Positions 1 through 9,304 are shown, numbered from the stretch's first letter. The stretch: 64,000 nt of DNA from an uncultured Alphaproteobacteria bacterium (GCA_963796745.1 CAWCMV010000004.1:44492-108491), one strand, 5' to 3'. Program-made: numbers and translations. The notes: generated by a model from the sequence alone, not told the origin.

Positions 1-419
1 CAAAGGTGATTGGCGAGCGTAGGAGGCGGCCCGCTCCCAGGCAGTCGAGGAACAATGTGAGCATTCCGCGGGATGCGTCTATCGCGCCGCGATTGCATCT
101 CGGTTTGGGGCACGAGCGTGTTTAAGCGCTTTTGCCCCTCGCTAACGTCCAACATACTTCCACAAATGGACGTATCATAGGAGGGCTGCTAAAAACATCT
201 GATGCAAACTAGCTCTGTCAGTTGGGAAGATTGGCGAGAGAAGGGGCCTCACGTGCGCAGGTCAACCATTGAATTTCGAGGGATCCGTCCTCAGTAGGGA
301 TAGCTCTACCCGCTTCTATATCGATGAAGCCAGCAAGAGAGTTGTTTGATTTTCAGAAAACATAGACGAAATTTTACGAAAAGTCCGAAATACTTTGTTG
401 ATACCGGAGGCGCCAAGCA

Positions 420-1094
420 AAAAGTATTACAATAGTTTGTCCAATATTTTATTTCTCATATTTTTTTAAAAATTTATATAAAGCTATTCTAACAATAGAA
501 ATACTTCGCTACAGACTAAACTTCAAATCTCCGAAAATTGATCTTGGGTGTGGAGCGGCTGAATTTACCTGCGCATTCCTGAGTTACCAGGATGGTGATT
601 TGCTAGAGGTTGGCTGTCGCTTTGATCTGGTAGATCGATAAGAATCGCAGTTGCAATTGGCCAAGAAAGTAATTCGCTCGACCAGCCCAAGTCATTATGC
701 AAATTTCAATTAGAAGATATTGAAAAATATGAAATAATTTTGTCAGGAAATTTCATTTCGTCATACTTTTTAGGTGAAATTTGTGATCATAAAGGTGTAA
801 TTGAGAGATTATTTAAGGGGTGCGAGACGTTTCTTGCTGTGGACGACCCATCAGTCATTCAGGCTATGTTGCCTATTCCGAGTGGCAAGAGATGCTTGAG
901 CGGACATGTCGAGTTGTTGGTTGCGGACAACTAGGAGAACTGATAGAAGGCTCGCGTCGATATTTGGGTACCTTTACCTTCTTGACGCTGTCACTCCATT
1001 CGAAGACGGGAAGTGCATAATTTACAATCTATGCAAATTTGGACGATTGCAAAGAATGGCCGTGAGATGCGAAATATCGATGACCTGCGATTGA
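420..1094 (+). pseudogene. Fragmented class I SAM-dependent methyltransferase (Rsm22-like, tentative) in an AT-rich island
   Basis: Manual translation of the frame through 456-710 gives FYFSYFFKNLYKA...PKIDLGCGAAEF (motif I at 537-566)...FDLVDR*ESQLQLAKK, with an in-frame TAA at 639-641. It continues in other frames (FISSYFLGEI, ORF 740..934). Boundaries are approximate. Confidence 0.5.
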
Positions 1095-1664
1095 AGGCGT
1101 GGATTAGCGATGAAGGGGGAGATAGACGTCAGTTTGCAAGATTGGGTCGTCGGTCCGCTTGCGCAAGCTTGCGCTTCAGTATCAGCGAGACTTGCGATTG
1201 TGCGGCAAGCGATGCCATTCTTATAGTTGCCGTAGGGGTCGGCGTGGTCGCTTATGCGCCTTGGTAAACACAATTGACCTATCTGGGTTTGGCCTTCTCA
1301 CTGATGATCTTCGGCCATTTTGGCTTCAGACCGGCTCGAAAAGTCGAGCACTGCTACTCGCGTTGAAAAGCCGTTATGGCATATTGCGAGAGCTGACGCC
1401 CATTTGATTCGCAAGCCAGTTTCGGTGGTGAATAATACTGACATGAAGTCTAATGGCGCGCTTCATGAGGGGACGCTGATCGCCTTACCTTATATTCTGG
1501 CGATTTTAGCTACATCTATGATGATAAGCCCCTGTTTGAGACTTTGATGGTTTTGGCTTCACGAGGAATTCTGACATTATCTGTGAAAATCTCTGGAAAC
1601 CGTCCTTGGGAAATCTGAATTAAATAGAGGTGATAATGAATGTCTGATTTCAGAGTTAATTAGT

Positions 1665-1868
1665 ATGAAGAAAATATTTTTTGATTTACCATGCGAGGCG
1701 AAATATTCTCTTGTCTACAGAAGGGGTGAGGAAGTACTTCTGTATAGGTATAGGGATCAAGAAACCGACTACGTTTCGATTTTCAGAGCAACAAACGGAA
1801 TGACCAGACAGCTCGTTGAGACGATTAACAAGCTTTCGAATTTGTCGATTAGTGCACGTGCGCAGAAC
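1665..1868 (+). pseudogene. AT-rich hypothetical ORF remnant running into the HNH gene
   Basis: The N-terminal ~68 codons of ORF 1665..2099 are AT-rich and protein-like, with a GAGGTG RBS-like site near 1627. The rest of that ORF is an alternative frame of the GC-rich HNH gene. Confidence 0.3.
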
Positions 1869-1869
1869 T

Positions 1870-2768
1870 GTGGCCTTCGGCGTCTTCATCCACCGCGCAG
1901 ACGATCTACTACGACGACATCCCGGCTGAGCGCTATCAATTCCCCGCGCAATATCTCGGCCGCGCCGAGCCGTGCATCGGCGACTGGATCGTCTATCTCG
2001 AACCGCGCAAGGTCAAAGGCTCGCGCGGGTACTTTGCCGCCGCCAAGGTCGAGAAGATCATTCCCGATCCCACCGCGCCGGGCATGTTCCTGGCGCTGAT
2101 CGAGCCGGGCACCTATCTCGATTTCATCCGCCCGGTGCCGTTCAGCGGCGCCGAGGGGGTGATCGAGCGCGGGGTGCTCAATGAGGCCGGCGCGATTTCG
2201 GGCCGGGCGCAGGCGGCGGTTCGGCCGCTGTCGCCGGCGGATTTCGCGCGGATCGTCAGTGCCGGGCTTGCCGGAGAACGACATCGTGCTGCCGCGGGTC
2301 GACGATGCCGGAGGACGCTCGATCGGGTGCAGGATTTGCAGGCGCCGTTCCACGTCGAGCGGCCGATCATCGAGCGGCTGATCGCCAAGCCCGAGCGCAA
2401 GGCGTTCTTCCGCCGCGCGGTGCTGCAAGCCTATGAGGAACGCTGCGCCGTGACCGGGTGGAAGCTGATCAACGGCGGCGGGCGGGCCGAGGCGGAGGCG
2501 GCGCATATCAAGCCGGTCGAGCATGGCGGGCCCGACAGCATCCAGAACGGCATTGCCCTGTCGGGCACGGCGCACTGGATGTTCGATCGCGGGCTGATCG
2601 GGTTTTCGGACGAGCTCGACATCCTCGTTTCGCGGCAGGTGAACGACCGGCCGAGCGTGGAGGCGATCGATCAACAAGACCGGCCGGGCGCTCGCGCCGG
2701 AGCGGCTCGCATTGCGGCCGCACCCGGCGTTCCTCGCCTGGCATCGGGAGAACTGCTTCAAGCACTGA
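1870..2768 (+). CDS. HNH endonuclease (COG3440/HNH_2-like putative restriction endonuclease) with N-terminal putative PUA/EVE-like domain; about four frameshifts
   Basis: Stitched translation: GTG1870 AFGVFIHRAD/IYYDDIPAERYQFP..GDWIVYLEPRK..GYFAAAKVEKI..CAVTG..EAAHIKPVEHGGPDSIQNGIALSGTAHWMFDRG../INKTGRALAP..HPAFLAWHRENCFKH, TGA at 2766-2768. Frame changes near 1903, 2273, 2320 and 2669. Confidence 0.75.
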
Positions 2769-2783
2769 GCAACTGCATTTCTT

Positions 2784-2917
2784 GCGCCCTCAAGCGCCGG
2801 GCGCCGCCCAGTCCGCCCACTTGGCTTTCCTCGCATAAGCTCCGGCGGGCTTCGCCGGTTGGCCAGGCCTGTCGGCTAGTTGAGCCAGTGGGCTTGCGGT
2901 CCGCTGGTCGCGGACCG
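2784..2917. repeat. Structured multi-hairpin intergenic element (REP/MITE-like)
   Basis: Nested inverted repeats: GCGCCC..GGGCGC (2784-2803); GCCCACTTGGCT (2815-2826) pairing with AGCCAGTGGGC (2883-2893); CCGGCG..CGCCGG (2842-2858); CGGTCCGC-TGGTC-GCGGACCG (2897-2917). Confidence 0.5.
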
Positions 2918-2919
2918 GA

Positions 2920-3630
2920 TTATCGCTCCTCCGGGGGTCCATCCAGCGCTTGGCGGTATTCCTCCGCCCCGCCATCCTCACCCCCCATCGCCTCCAGCTG
3001 CGGAAAGCCCCGGGCGTGGTCTTCGGCTTCGGAGGCCTTGTAGGCATCATAGAGCTCGCGGGTGCGGGGGCTTTGGAGGGCGGCTTGCCTGGCGCGCATC
3101 GCGTCGATCTTGGCGCCCAGGCTGATCCACACCGCGTCTTCGTCAACCGCGTTCTGCGCCTCGCGTTCGTCTTCCCATTCCTGGCGCCATTGCTGCTTGA
3201 GGCGCTTGGCCAGCATCTCGTCCATCGCGCTGAGCGCCCGCGCGGGGTTGAAGCGTTTGGGCGCGCGGTTGCGCAGCATGAACATCAGCAGCCGGTCATT
3301 ATAGACCCGCCGCGTGCCGACCAGCTTGCCATAGCTATAGACCGGCACCTCCACCCCGTTGAGCGCGCGGTCCATCGCGACATCCTCGATCCGCTGCATG
3401 CCGATGTCGAGCGCGGCCTGCCACGCCTTGCGGAATTCGCCCGCCTGGGGGTGGCGGCGCAGCAGATAGGCGCCGTGATCGGCGCGGCGCACCCTGAGGC
3501 AGGCGGAGCGGACCGAGCCGGTGTCAGCCAGCGCCTCGATAAAGGCGCGCTGCACTTCGGCCGTCCAGCCGTTCGAGCGCTGCTTCAGCCGCGGGACCGG
3601 GGTGAAGGCGGGCAGGGTGTGTTTTGCCAT
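2920..3630 (-). CDS. Conserved hypothetical HTH protein resembling phage terminase small subunits
   Basis: 236-aa ORF with RBS (AAGGAG) and the pattern GWT..VQRAFIEALADTGSV..AC....AY.LR..F..AW.AA....IED.A.DRALNG...VG....YNDRLLMFML. Confidence 0.7.
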   Translation of the reverse strand: MAKHTLPAFTPVPRLKQRSNGWTAEVQRAFIEALADTGSVRSACLRVRRADHGAYLLRRHPQAGEFRKAWQAALDIGMQRIEDVAMDRALNGVEVPVYSYGKLVGTRRVYNDRLLMFMLRNRAPKRFNPARALSAMDEMLAKRLKQQWRQEWEDEREAQNAVDEDAVWISLGAKIDAMRARQAALQSPRTRELYDAYKASEAEDHARGFPQLEAMGGEDGGAEEYRQALDGPPEER

Positions 3631-3696
3631 GGGCTGCTCCTTCGCGAGGGGAGCGGGGCGATATGGCCATTTATCGCAGTGTAGGAAAATGGATTT

Positions 3697-3855
3697 TCAC
3701 CCTGCCATCGCATTGGTGATGGTGGTGAAGATATTGGTGAGGTTGAGCCCGAGCGAGGTGAAGGCGATCACGAAGGCGAGCGAGATCAAGGCGGCGATCA
3801 GCCCATATTCGATCGCGGTGGCGCCGCGCTGGTCGTGCAGGAACTGGCTTGGCAT
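3697..3855 (-). CDS. Flp family type IVb pilin
   Basis: MPSQFLHDQRG|ATAIEYGLIAALI: prepilin cleavage site and Flp EY motif; 52 aa; GGGAG RBS upstream. Confidence 0.9.
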   Translation of the reverse strand: MPSQFLHDQRGATAIEYGLIAALISLAFVIAFTSLGLNLTNIFTTITNAMAG

Positions 3856-4255
3856 GGTTGGTCTCCCTGATCCTGCGTGGATCCTATGCGGCAAGGGTTA
3901 GGGCAGGATGAGGGGACGCGGTTAAGTGAGGGCCTGGGGATATTACCTAGCGGGGCGGGGCCGGCCCCCCGCAGCGGCGGGCGCGATCCGCGTGGGGCGC
4001 GGTTTCGCGAAGCCTGCCGTCTGCGCAATTTTCGAACAAGATTTTGATGTCGAACGGAAATTTTTGACAAGTGCGGTGTTGCTGGCCAATAAGGTGCCCG
4101 TCGCCATGTCGCGGGAAGTCAAATATGCGGGGCAGTGATCGATCGAGGCGGATCAGATCCGCAGCAATGCTGTTGCCTTCGCACAGGTGGTGTCGCCCGG
4201 TGCGCTGCGCGCAGCGCCGGGGTGGTTTCAATGATCACCGCCCAGATCCCGCCGG

Positions 4256-6838
4256 ATGAACGAGCTGGAATCTTCGATTGCCCGTTGGCGGCTGGTTGCA
4301 TTCATTGTTCTTGCCCTGTCCCTGGCCGCGACAGTCGTGTTGTGGCAGACCACCCGCAGCCTTGATCGCCGCGCGCTGGAGCGGGATTTCGCCGGCCAGA
4401 CCACGCTCGCCACCGCCCGGATAGAAAGCCGTATGGCCGGCTATGCGCTGGTGCTGCGCAGCGGCAATGCGCTGATCGGCAGCTCCAATTCGGTCACCCG
4501 GGACGAATGGCGCAAATTCGTCGCCGCGCTCGATCTGGACACCGCCTATCCCGGCGTGCTGGGGCTGGGCTTTGCCGAGCGGATCAGGCCCGAAGACCGC
4601 GCCGCGCATGTCGCCAGGGTGCGGGCCGAGGGCTTCCCCGGCTATGATATCTGGCCCAGCGGTGAGCGCACGGAATATAGCGCGATCGTCTTTCTGGAGC
4701 CCTTCAACCAGCGCAACCGCGAGGCCTTCGGCTTCGACATGCTGTCGGAAAAGACCCGCCGCGCCGCGATGGAACAGGCGCGCGACAGTGGCAGGCCCGT
4801 GCTGAGCGGCAAGGTCCAGCTGGTGCAGGAAATCACCAAGGACAAGCAGCCCGGCTTTCTGCTCTATCTTCCGGTCTATGCCAAAGGCAGCAATCCGGCC
4901 AACCCGGCTGCGCGGCGCGCGGCGCTGATCGGCTATGTCTATTGCGCCTTTCGTGCGCATGATCTGATGCACGGCGTGCTGGATGATGTTTTCAACCAGC
5001 TCAGCGTCGAGGTCTTTGACGGCGAGAGCGAGGCAGAGGGCAGCAAGCTTTATGACGGGCGCAACGATGGCTATGCGGTGGCCGGCAGCGCGGACGATGC
5101 GCTCCACCATACCAGCCATATCGTGATCGCGGGCCGCCCATGGACGCTGGTGTTCCGCCCGACAGAGCGCTTCTATCAGGCCAATCCCCAGACCCCGACA
5201 ATTGCCGGCCTGGCCGGCGGCACGATCATCAGCCTGCTGCTGTTCCTGCTGATCTGGAACCTGGTCGATACGCGGCAGCGCGCGCTGGCCCTGCTGCATC
5301 GGGCGGAACGGGAGCGGGAGATTTCCGAGGCCCGCTTCCGCAATCTGTTTGAACATGGCCAGGATGCGCTGGTGATGGTCGAACATGACGGCAGGATCGC
5401 GAATGTGAACGCCGCGGCGGAGGAATGCTTCGGCTATAGGCATGAGGAATTGGTCGGCCAGAAGATCGAGCTGCTCGTGCCTGGCAGCACTGCGGCGGCG
5501 CATGTCGGGCTGCGCAATAATTATGTAGAGGATCCGGAGCGCCGGCCGATGGAAGCGCGCAGGCGCAATATCAGGGGCCTGCGCAAGGATGGCAGCGAGT
5601 TCCCCGCCGAAGTGAGCCTGACACCGATCATTTCCGGCTCGGAGATGATCATCGCGGCCACCGTGCGCGATTTGACCGAGCGGATTTCCACCGAGACCCA
5701 GCTGCGCCAGATGCAGAAGATGCAGGCGATCGGTAATCTCACCGGCGGGCTGGCCCATGATCTGAACAATCTGCTCAGCGTGATCATCGGCAATCTCGAT
5801 CTGCTTGCAGAGCGTGCCCAACTCGATCCCGCCAGCAAACAGCTGGAGCAGGCGGCCCTGGGCGCGGCTTTGCGGGGATCGACACTGGTCCAGCGGCTGC
5901 TCGCCTTCGCCCGCCGCCAGCCGCTTGAGCCGGAGCCGTGCAACGTCAATCTGCTGGTTGAGGGCATGAGCGGCATTTTCGAGCGGTCGCTGGGTGACAA
6001 TATCGCGATCGAGCTCAATCTGGACGAGGATATCCAGCCGGTGGTGGTCGATCCGGCACAGCTCGAAGCCGCGCTGCTCAATATTGCCAATAATGCCCGC
6101 GATGCGATGCCGACCGGCGGCAGGCTGATCATTGCCACCCGCAATTGCGTGCTCGATGACGATTATGTCGCGCAGCATAGCGATGTGGTGCCAGGCAATT
6201 TTGTGCTGATCGAGGTGAGCGACACCGGCAGCGGCATGCCGGCCGACATCATCGAACAGATTTTCGAGCCCTTCTTCACCACCAAGCCCTCGGGCGAGGG
6301 GACTGGCCTTGGCCTGAGCATGGTGTTCGGTTTCGCCAAGCAATCCGGGGGGCATATCAACGTCTATAGCGAGCCGGGGGTGGGCTCGACCTTCCGGCTC
6401 TATCTGCCCGCCAATGCCAATGCGGTGGTCGCGGCCGGGGTGCAGGCGCGCATTGCCGCGGAAGGCGGCCAGGAAACCATTCTGGTGGTGGAAGACAAGG
6501 CCGCCTTGCGCAAGCTGGTGCTGCTGCAGCTGGGCGAGCTCGGCTATCGCGTGCTGGAAGCGGCCGATGGCACCGAGGCGATCCGGATTCTCGAAACGGA
6601 ACCGGTCGATCTGATGTTCAGCGATATTGTGATGCCCGGCGGGCTGAGCGGCTATGATCTGGCCAGAATTCTGCAGGAGCGCTGGCCCGAAACCAAGATC
6701 CTGATGACCTCCGGTTTTCCAGACCTGAAGCTCTATGGAAATGGGGATCACCCGGCCAATCTCAGGTTGCTGCGCAAGCCCTATCGCAAGGCGGATCTGG
6801 CCGAGGCGCTGCGCGAGGTGCTCGATTTCGACGGGTGA
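4256..6838 (+). CDS. Hybrid sensor histidine kinase/response regulator (CHASE-PAS-HisKA-HATPase-REC)
   Basis: Two TM segments flank a CHASE-like domain (FLEP..N..AFGFDM). Also PAS (RKDGSEFPAEV), H-box AHDLNNLL, N/G boxes (NARDAM, DTGSG, GTGLGL) and a receiver domain (VVED..FSDIVMPG..KPY). Confidence 0.92.
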   Translation: MNELESSIARWRLVAFIVLALSLAATVVLWQTTRSLDRRALERDFAGQTTLATARIESRMAGYALVLRSGNALIGSSNSVTRDEWRKFVAALDLDTAYPGVLGLGFAERIRPEDRAAHVARVRAEGFPGYDIWPSGERTEYSAIVFLEPFNQRNREAFGFDMLSEKTRRAAMEQARDSGRPVLSGKVQLVQEITKDKQPGFLLYLPVYAKGSNPANPAARRAALIGYVYCAFRAHDLMHGVLDDVFNQLSVEVFDGESEAEGSKLYDGRNDGYAVAGSADDALHHTSHIVIAGRPWTLVFRPTERFYQANPQTPTIAGLAGGTIISLLLFLLIWNLVDTRQRALALLHRAEREREISEARFRNLFEHGQDALVMVEHDGRIANVNAAAEECFGYRHEELVGQKIELLVPGSTAAAHVGLRNNYVEDPERRPMEARRRNIRGLRKDGSEFPAEVSLTPIISGSEMIIAATVRDLTERISTETQLRQMQKMQAIGNLTGGLAHDLNNLLSVIIGNLDLLAERAQLDPASKQLEQAALGAALRGSTLVQRLLAFARRQPLEPEPCNVNLLVEGMSGIFERSLGDNIAIELNLDEDIQPVVVDPAQLEAALLNIANNARDAMPTGGRLIIATRNCVLDDDYVAQHSDVVPGNFVLIEVSDTGSGMPADIIEQIFEPFFTTKPSGEGTGLGLSMVFGFAKQSGGHINVYSEPGVGSTFRLYLPANANAVVAAGVQARIAAEGGQETILVVEDKAALRKLVLLQLGELGYRVLEAADGTEAIRILETEPVDLMFSDIVMPGGLSGYDLARILQERWPETKILMTSGFPDLKLYGNGDHPANLRLLRKPYRKADLAEALREVLDFDG

Positions 6839-6969
6839 GCCCATTTTGGGCAGGGCAAGCGCGGCTCCGCAGCGATGGCCGGCGGGCTTTGTGCGAAAAC
6901 CGGCAATCGCGCCGCTGAAAGGCCATACTTCACTTGGCGTTCATTGAGCGGCTGGTTATAGGCACCACC

Positions 6970-7792
6970 ATGCATTCGAACCGACGCTTCGCCCGCTTCT
7001 CCGCCCGGCCGTTCATCCTTGCCGGCGCCGCGCTTGCCATCGTGCTTACCGGGGCCTGCTCCCGTGGGGGCAACCAGAAGGATACGGCCTATGTCGCGCG
7101 CGATGTCGAAACGCTCTATTCCGCCGCGCGCGCGCGGCTTGACCGGGGCGATGTAAAGGTCGCCGCCGCGCTGTTTGACGAGGTTGAGCGCCAGCATCCC
7201 TATTCGCCCTGGGCACGCCGGGCCCAGATCATGAGCGCGTTCAGCTATTATGTCGGGCGCAATTACAATCAGGCGATCCAGTCGGCACAGCGCTTCCTCT
7301 CGATCCATCCGGGCAATAAGGAAGCGCCCTATGCCTATTATCTGATCGCGATGTGCTATTATGAGCAGATCAGCGATGTCGATCGCGATCAGGCGATCAC
7401 CGATCAGGCGAAGACCGCGCTCAACGAGGTTAACCGCCGCTTCCCGGGGACCGATTATGCAGCCGATGCCCGGCTCAAGCTCGATCTGGTGAATGATCAC
7501 CTCGCCGGCAAGGATATGGAGATCGGCCGCTATTACGAAAAGAGCGGCAAATGGCTGGCGGCGCAATTGCGCTTCCAGAATGTGGTCGAAAAATATCCGA
7601 CCACCAGCCATGCGCCCGAAGCGCTTTATCGCCTGACCGAAATCGAGCCTGTCGCTGGGCGTGCCGGAAGAGGCGAAGAAATATGCCGCCGTGCTCGGCG
7701 CCAATTATCCGGGCAGCAAGTGGTATGCCAAGGCCTTCAAACTGATGGGCAAGCATGCCCCCTGGGCAACGCAGGGCGTCAGCGGCGGCTGA
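6970..7792 (+). CDS. bamD: Outer membrane protein assembly lipoprotein BamD (frameshift near 7641)
   Basis: Lipobox LTGAC, TPR pattern VERQHPYSPWA, and DHLAGKDMEIGRYY. An extra A near 7641 shifts the frame; the corrected C-terminus SSLSLGVPEEAKKYAAVLGANYPGSKWY ends at TGA 7790-7792. Confidence 0.9.
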
Positions 7793-7831
7793 ACCGTTCA
7801 ATTTGCCGGGATCGCGGGCTATGGTTCGGCC

Positions 7832-8344
7832 ATGACCCGGGTCACGATCCATCCCGCTAGCCGCTCAGACGCGGATGAGCTGATTGCAGGCAATTGTGCC
7901 AGCCGCGATTATCATGCGCCCTGGACCGAGCCCTTTGCGGACCGCGCGGGGTTTGACGAATGGTTCGCCCGCGCTTCAACCGATCAAAGCTATAGCCATG
8001 TGGTGCGCCATGCGCAGACGCGCGGCGTGGTCGGGGTGTTCAACCTCAGCCAGATCGTGCGCGGGCCGTTCCACTCTGCCTATCTGGGATATTACGGCAT
8101 GGCCGCTCACGCCCGCCAGGGGCTGATGGGCGAGGCTTTGCGGCTGGTCAGCGCCCATGCCTTTGGCGATCTGGGGCTGCACCGGCTGGAGGCGAATATC
8201 CAGCCGGGCAATCTGGCGTCGATCGCGCTGGTCCGGCGGACGGGGTTCCGCAAGGAAGGCTTTTCGCCGCGCTATCTCAAGATCGGCGGCCTGTGGTGCG
8301 ATCATGAGCGCTGGGCGCTGCTGGCGGACGAGCCGGGGGCCTAG
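7832..8344 (+). CDS. RimJ/RimL-family GNAT N-acetyltransferase
   Basis: SAYLGYY..RQGLMGEAL..LHRLEANIQPGNLASIALV..GFRKEG..DHERWA. Confidence 0.88.
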   Translation: MTRVTIHPASRSDADELIAGNCASRDYHAPWTEPFADRAGFDEWFARASTDQSYSHVVRHAQTRGVVGVFNLSQIVRGPFHSAYLGYYGMAAHARQGLMGEALRLVSAHAFGDLGLHRLEANIQPGNLASIALVRRTGFRKEGFSPRYLKIGGLWCDHERWALLADEPGA

Positions 8345-8347
8345 AGA

Positions 8348-9304
8348 TTACGGACCGACCGCGCTGGTCGCGCTTGCGGTGATCGCATCGGCGCGGTGTT
8401 GCTTCCAGCTCTGCGCTTCGATGAAGATGCGCCTGACATCGGGGAACTGCTGCTTGATGCGTGCTTCGAAATCCGAAATCGCCTGTTCGACCAGATCGGC
8501 TGTGAGACTGTCGTTGAAGTCGACACTGGCGGCGAGCAGGATCTCGTTGGGCCCCATATGCATGGTCAGAACCTCGTTCAGGCCGGTGATGCGTGTGTCA
8601 TTCGCCACGATCGCCCTGATCCCTGCGATGACTTCAGGCGAAGCGGATTCGCCCAGCAGCAGCCCCTTGCTTTCCCGCGCCAGCACCACCGCAACCATCG
8701 CCAGCACAATCCCGATGCAGATCGATGCAATGCCGTCGAGCATCGGGAGGGCGAAGGCTTGCGAACAGAAGATGCCGAGGAAGGCGATCAGCAGGCCCAG
8801 CATTGCCGCGCTGTCTTCAAACAGGATCGTGAACACCGTCGGGTCTTTTGAATCGCGCACTGCGGACAGCAGCGATCTATCCCCGCGCGTGCGCAGAAAT
8901 TCACGCAGGGCGACCAGCCAGGCGCTGCCTTCAATCACCAGCGCCATCACCAGCACCGCATAGGTCCACAGCGAAGCCTCGACCGGTTCGGGATGGGCGA
9001 GGCTGTTCAGCCCTTCATAGATCGAAATTCCCGCGCCAACCGCGAAGATCAGGATCGCGACCACAAAGGTCCAGAAATACAGCTCCATGCCATAGCCGAA
9101 GGGATGTTTGGCATCGGGCGGGCGCGCGGCGCGCTTCATGCCGAACAGCATCAGCAGCTGATTGCCGCTGTCGACGACCGAATGGATGCCCTCGCTGAAC
9201 ATCGCCGCGCTGCCGGTGATGGAGGCGACCACGAATTTCGAAATTGCGATCAGGCTGTTGCCAGCCAAGGCCGCGTAGATAACTGTCCTGGAGCCTGAGG
9301 CCAT
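8348..9304 (-). CDS. Cation diffusion facilitator family transporter
   Basis: SEGIHSVVD, HPFGYG.E.YFW and EDSAA motifs; six TM-like segments and a C-terminal dimerisation domain. Confidence 0.9.
   Translation of the reverse strand: MASGSRTVIYAALAGNSLIAISKFVVASITGSAAMFSEGIHSVVDSGNQLLMLFGMKRAARPPDAKHPFGYGMELYFWTFVVAILIFAVGAGISIYEGLNSLAHPEPVEASLWTYAVLVMALVIEGSAWLVALREFLRTRGDRSLLSAVRDSKDPTVFTILFEDSAAMLGLLIAFLGIFCSQAFALPMLDGIASICIGIVLAMVAVVLARESKGLLLGESASPEVIAGIRAIVANDTRITGLNEVLTMHMGPNEILLAASVDFNDSLTADLVEQAISDFEARIKQQFPDVRRIFIEAQSWKQHRADAITASATSAVGP

Noticed and set aside
2084-3043. 319-aa ORF taken as the complete HNH protein
   Set aside because: Its start and its ~125-aa tail result from frameshifts; the plausible gene is 1870-2768.
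4235-6844. Long antisense ORFs (4235..6844, 9332..11119, 12465..14225, 21834..23345, 32232..34130, 62140..63885 and others)
   Set aside because: They are shadows of well-supported genes on the opposite strand; high GC and codon bias suppress stop codons; no recognisable motifs.
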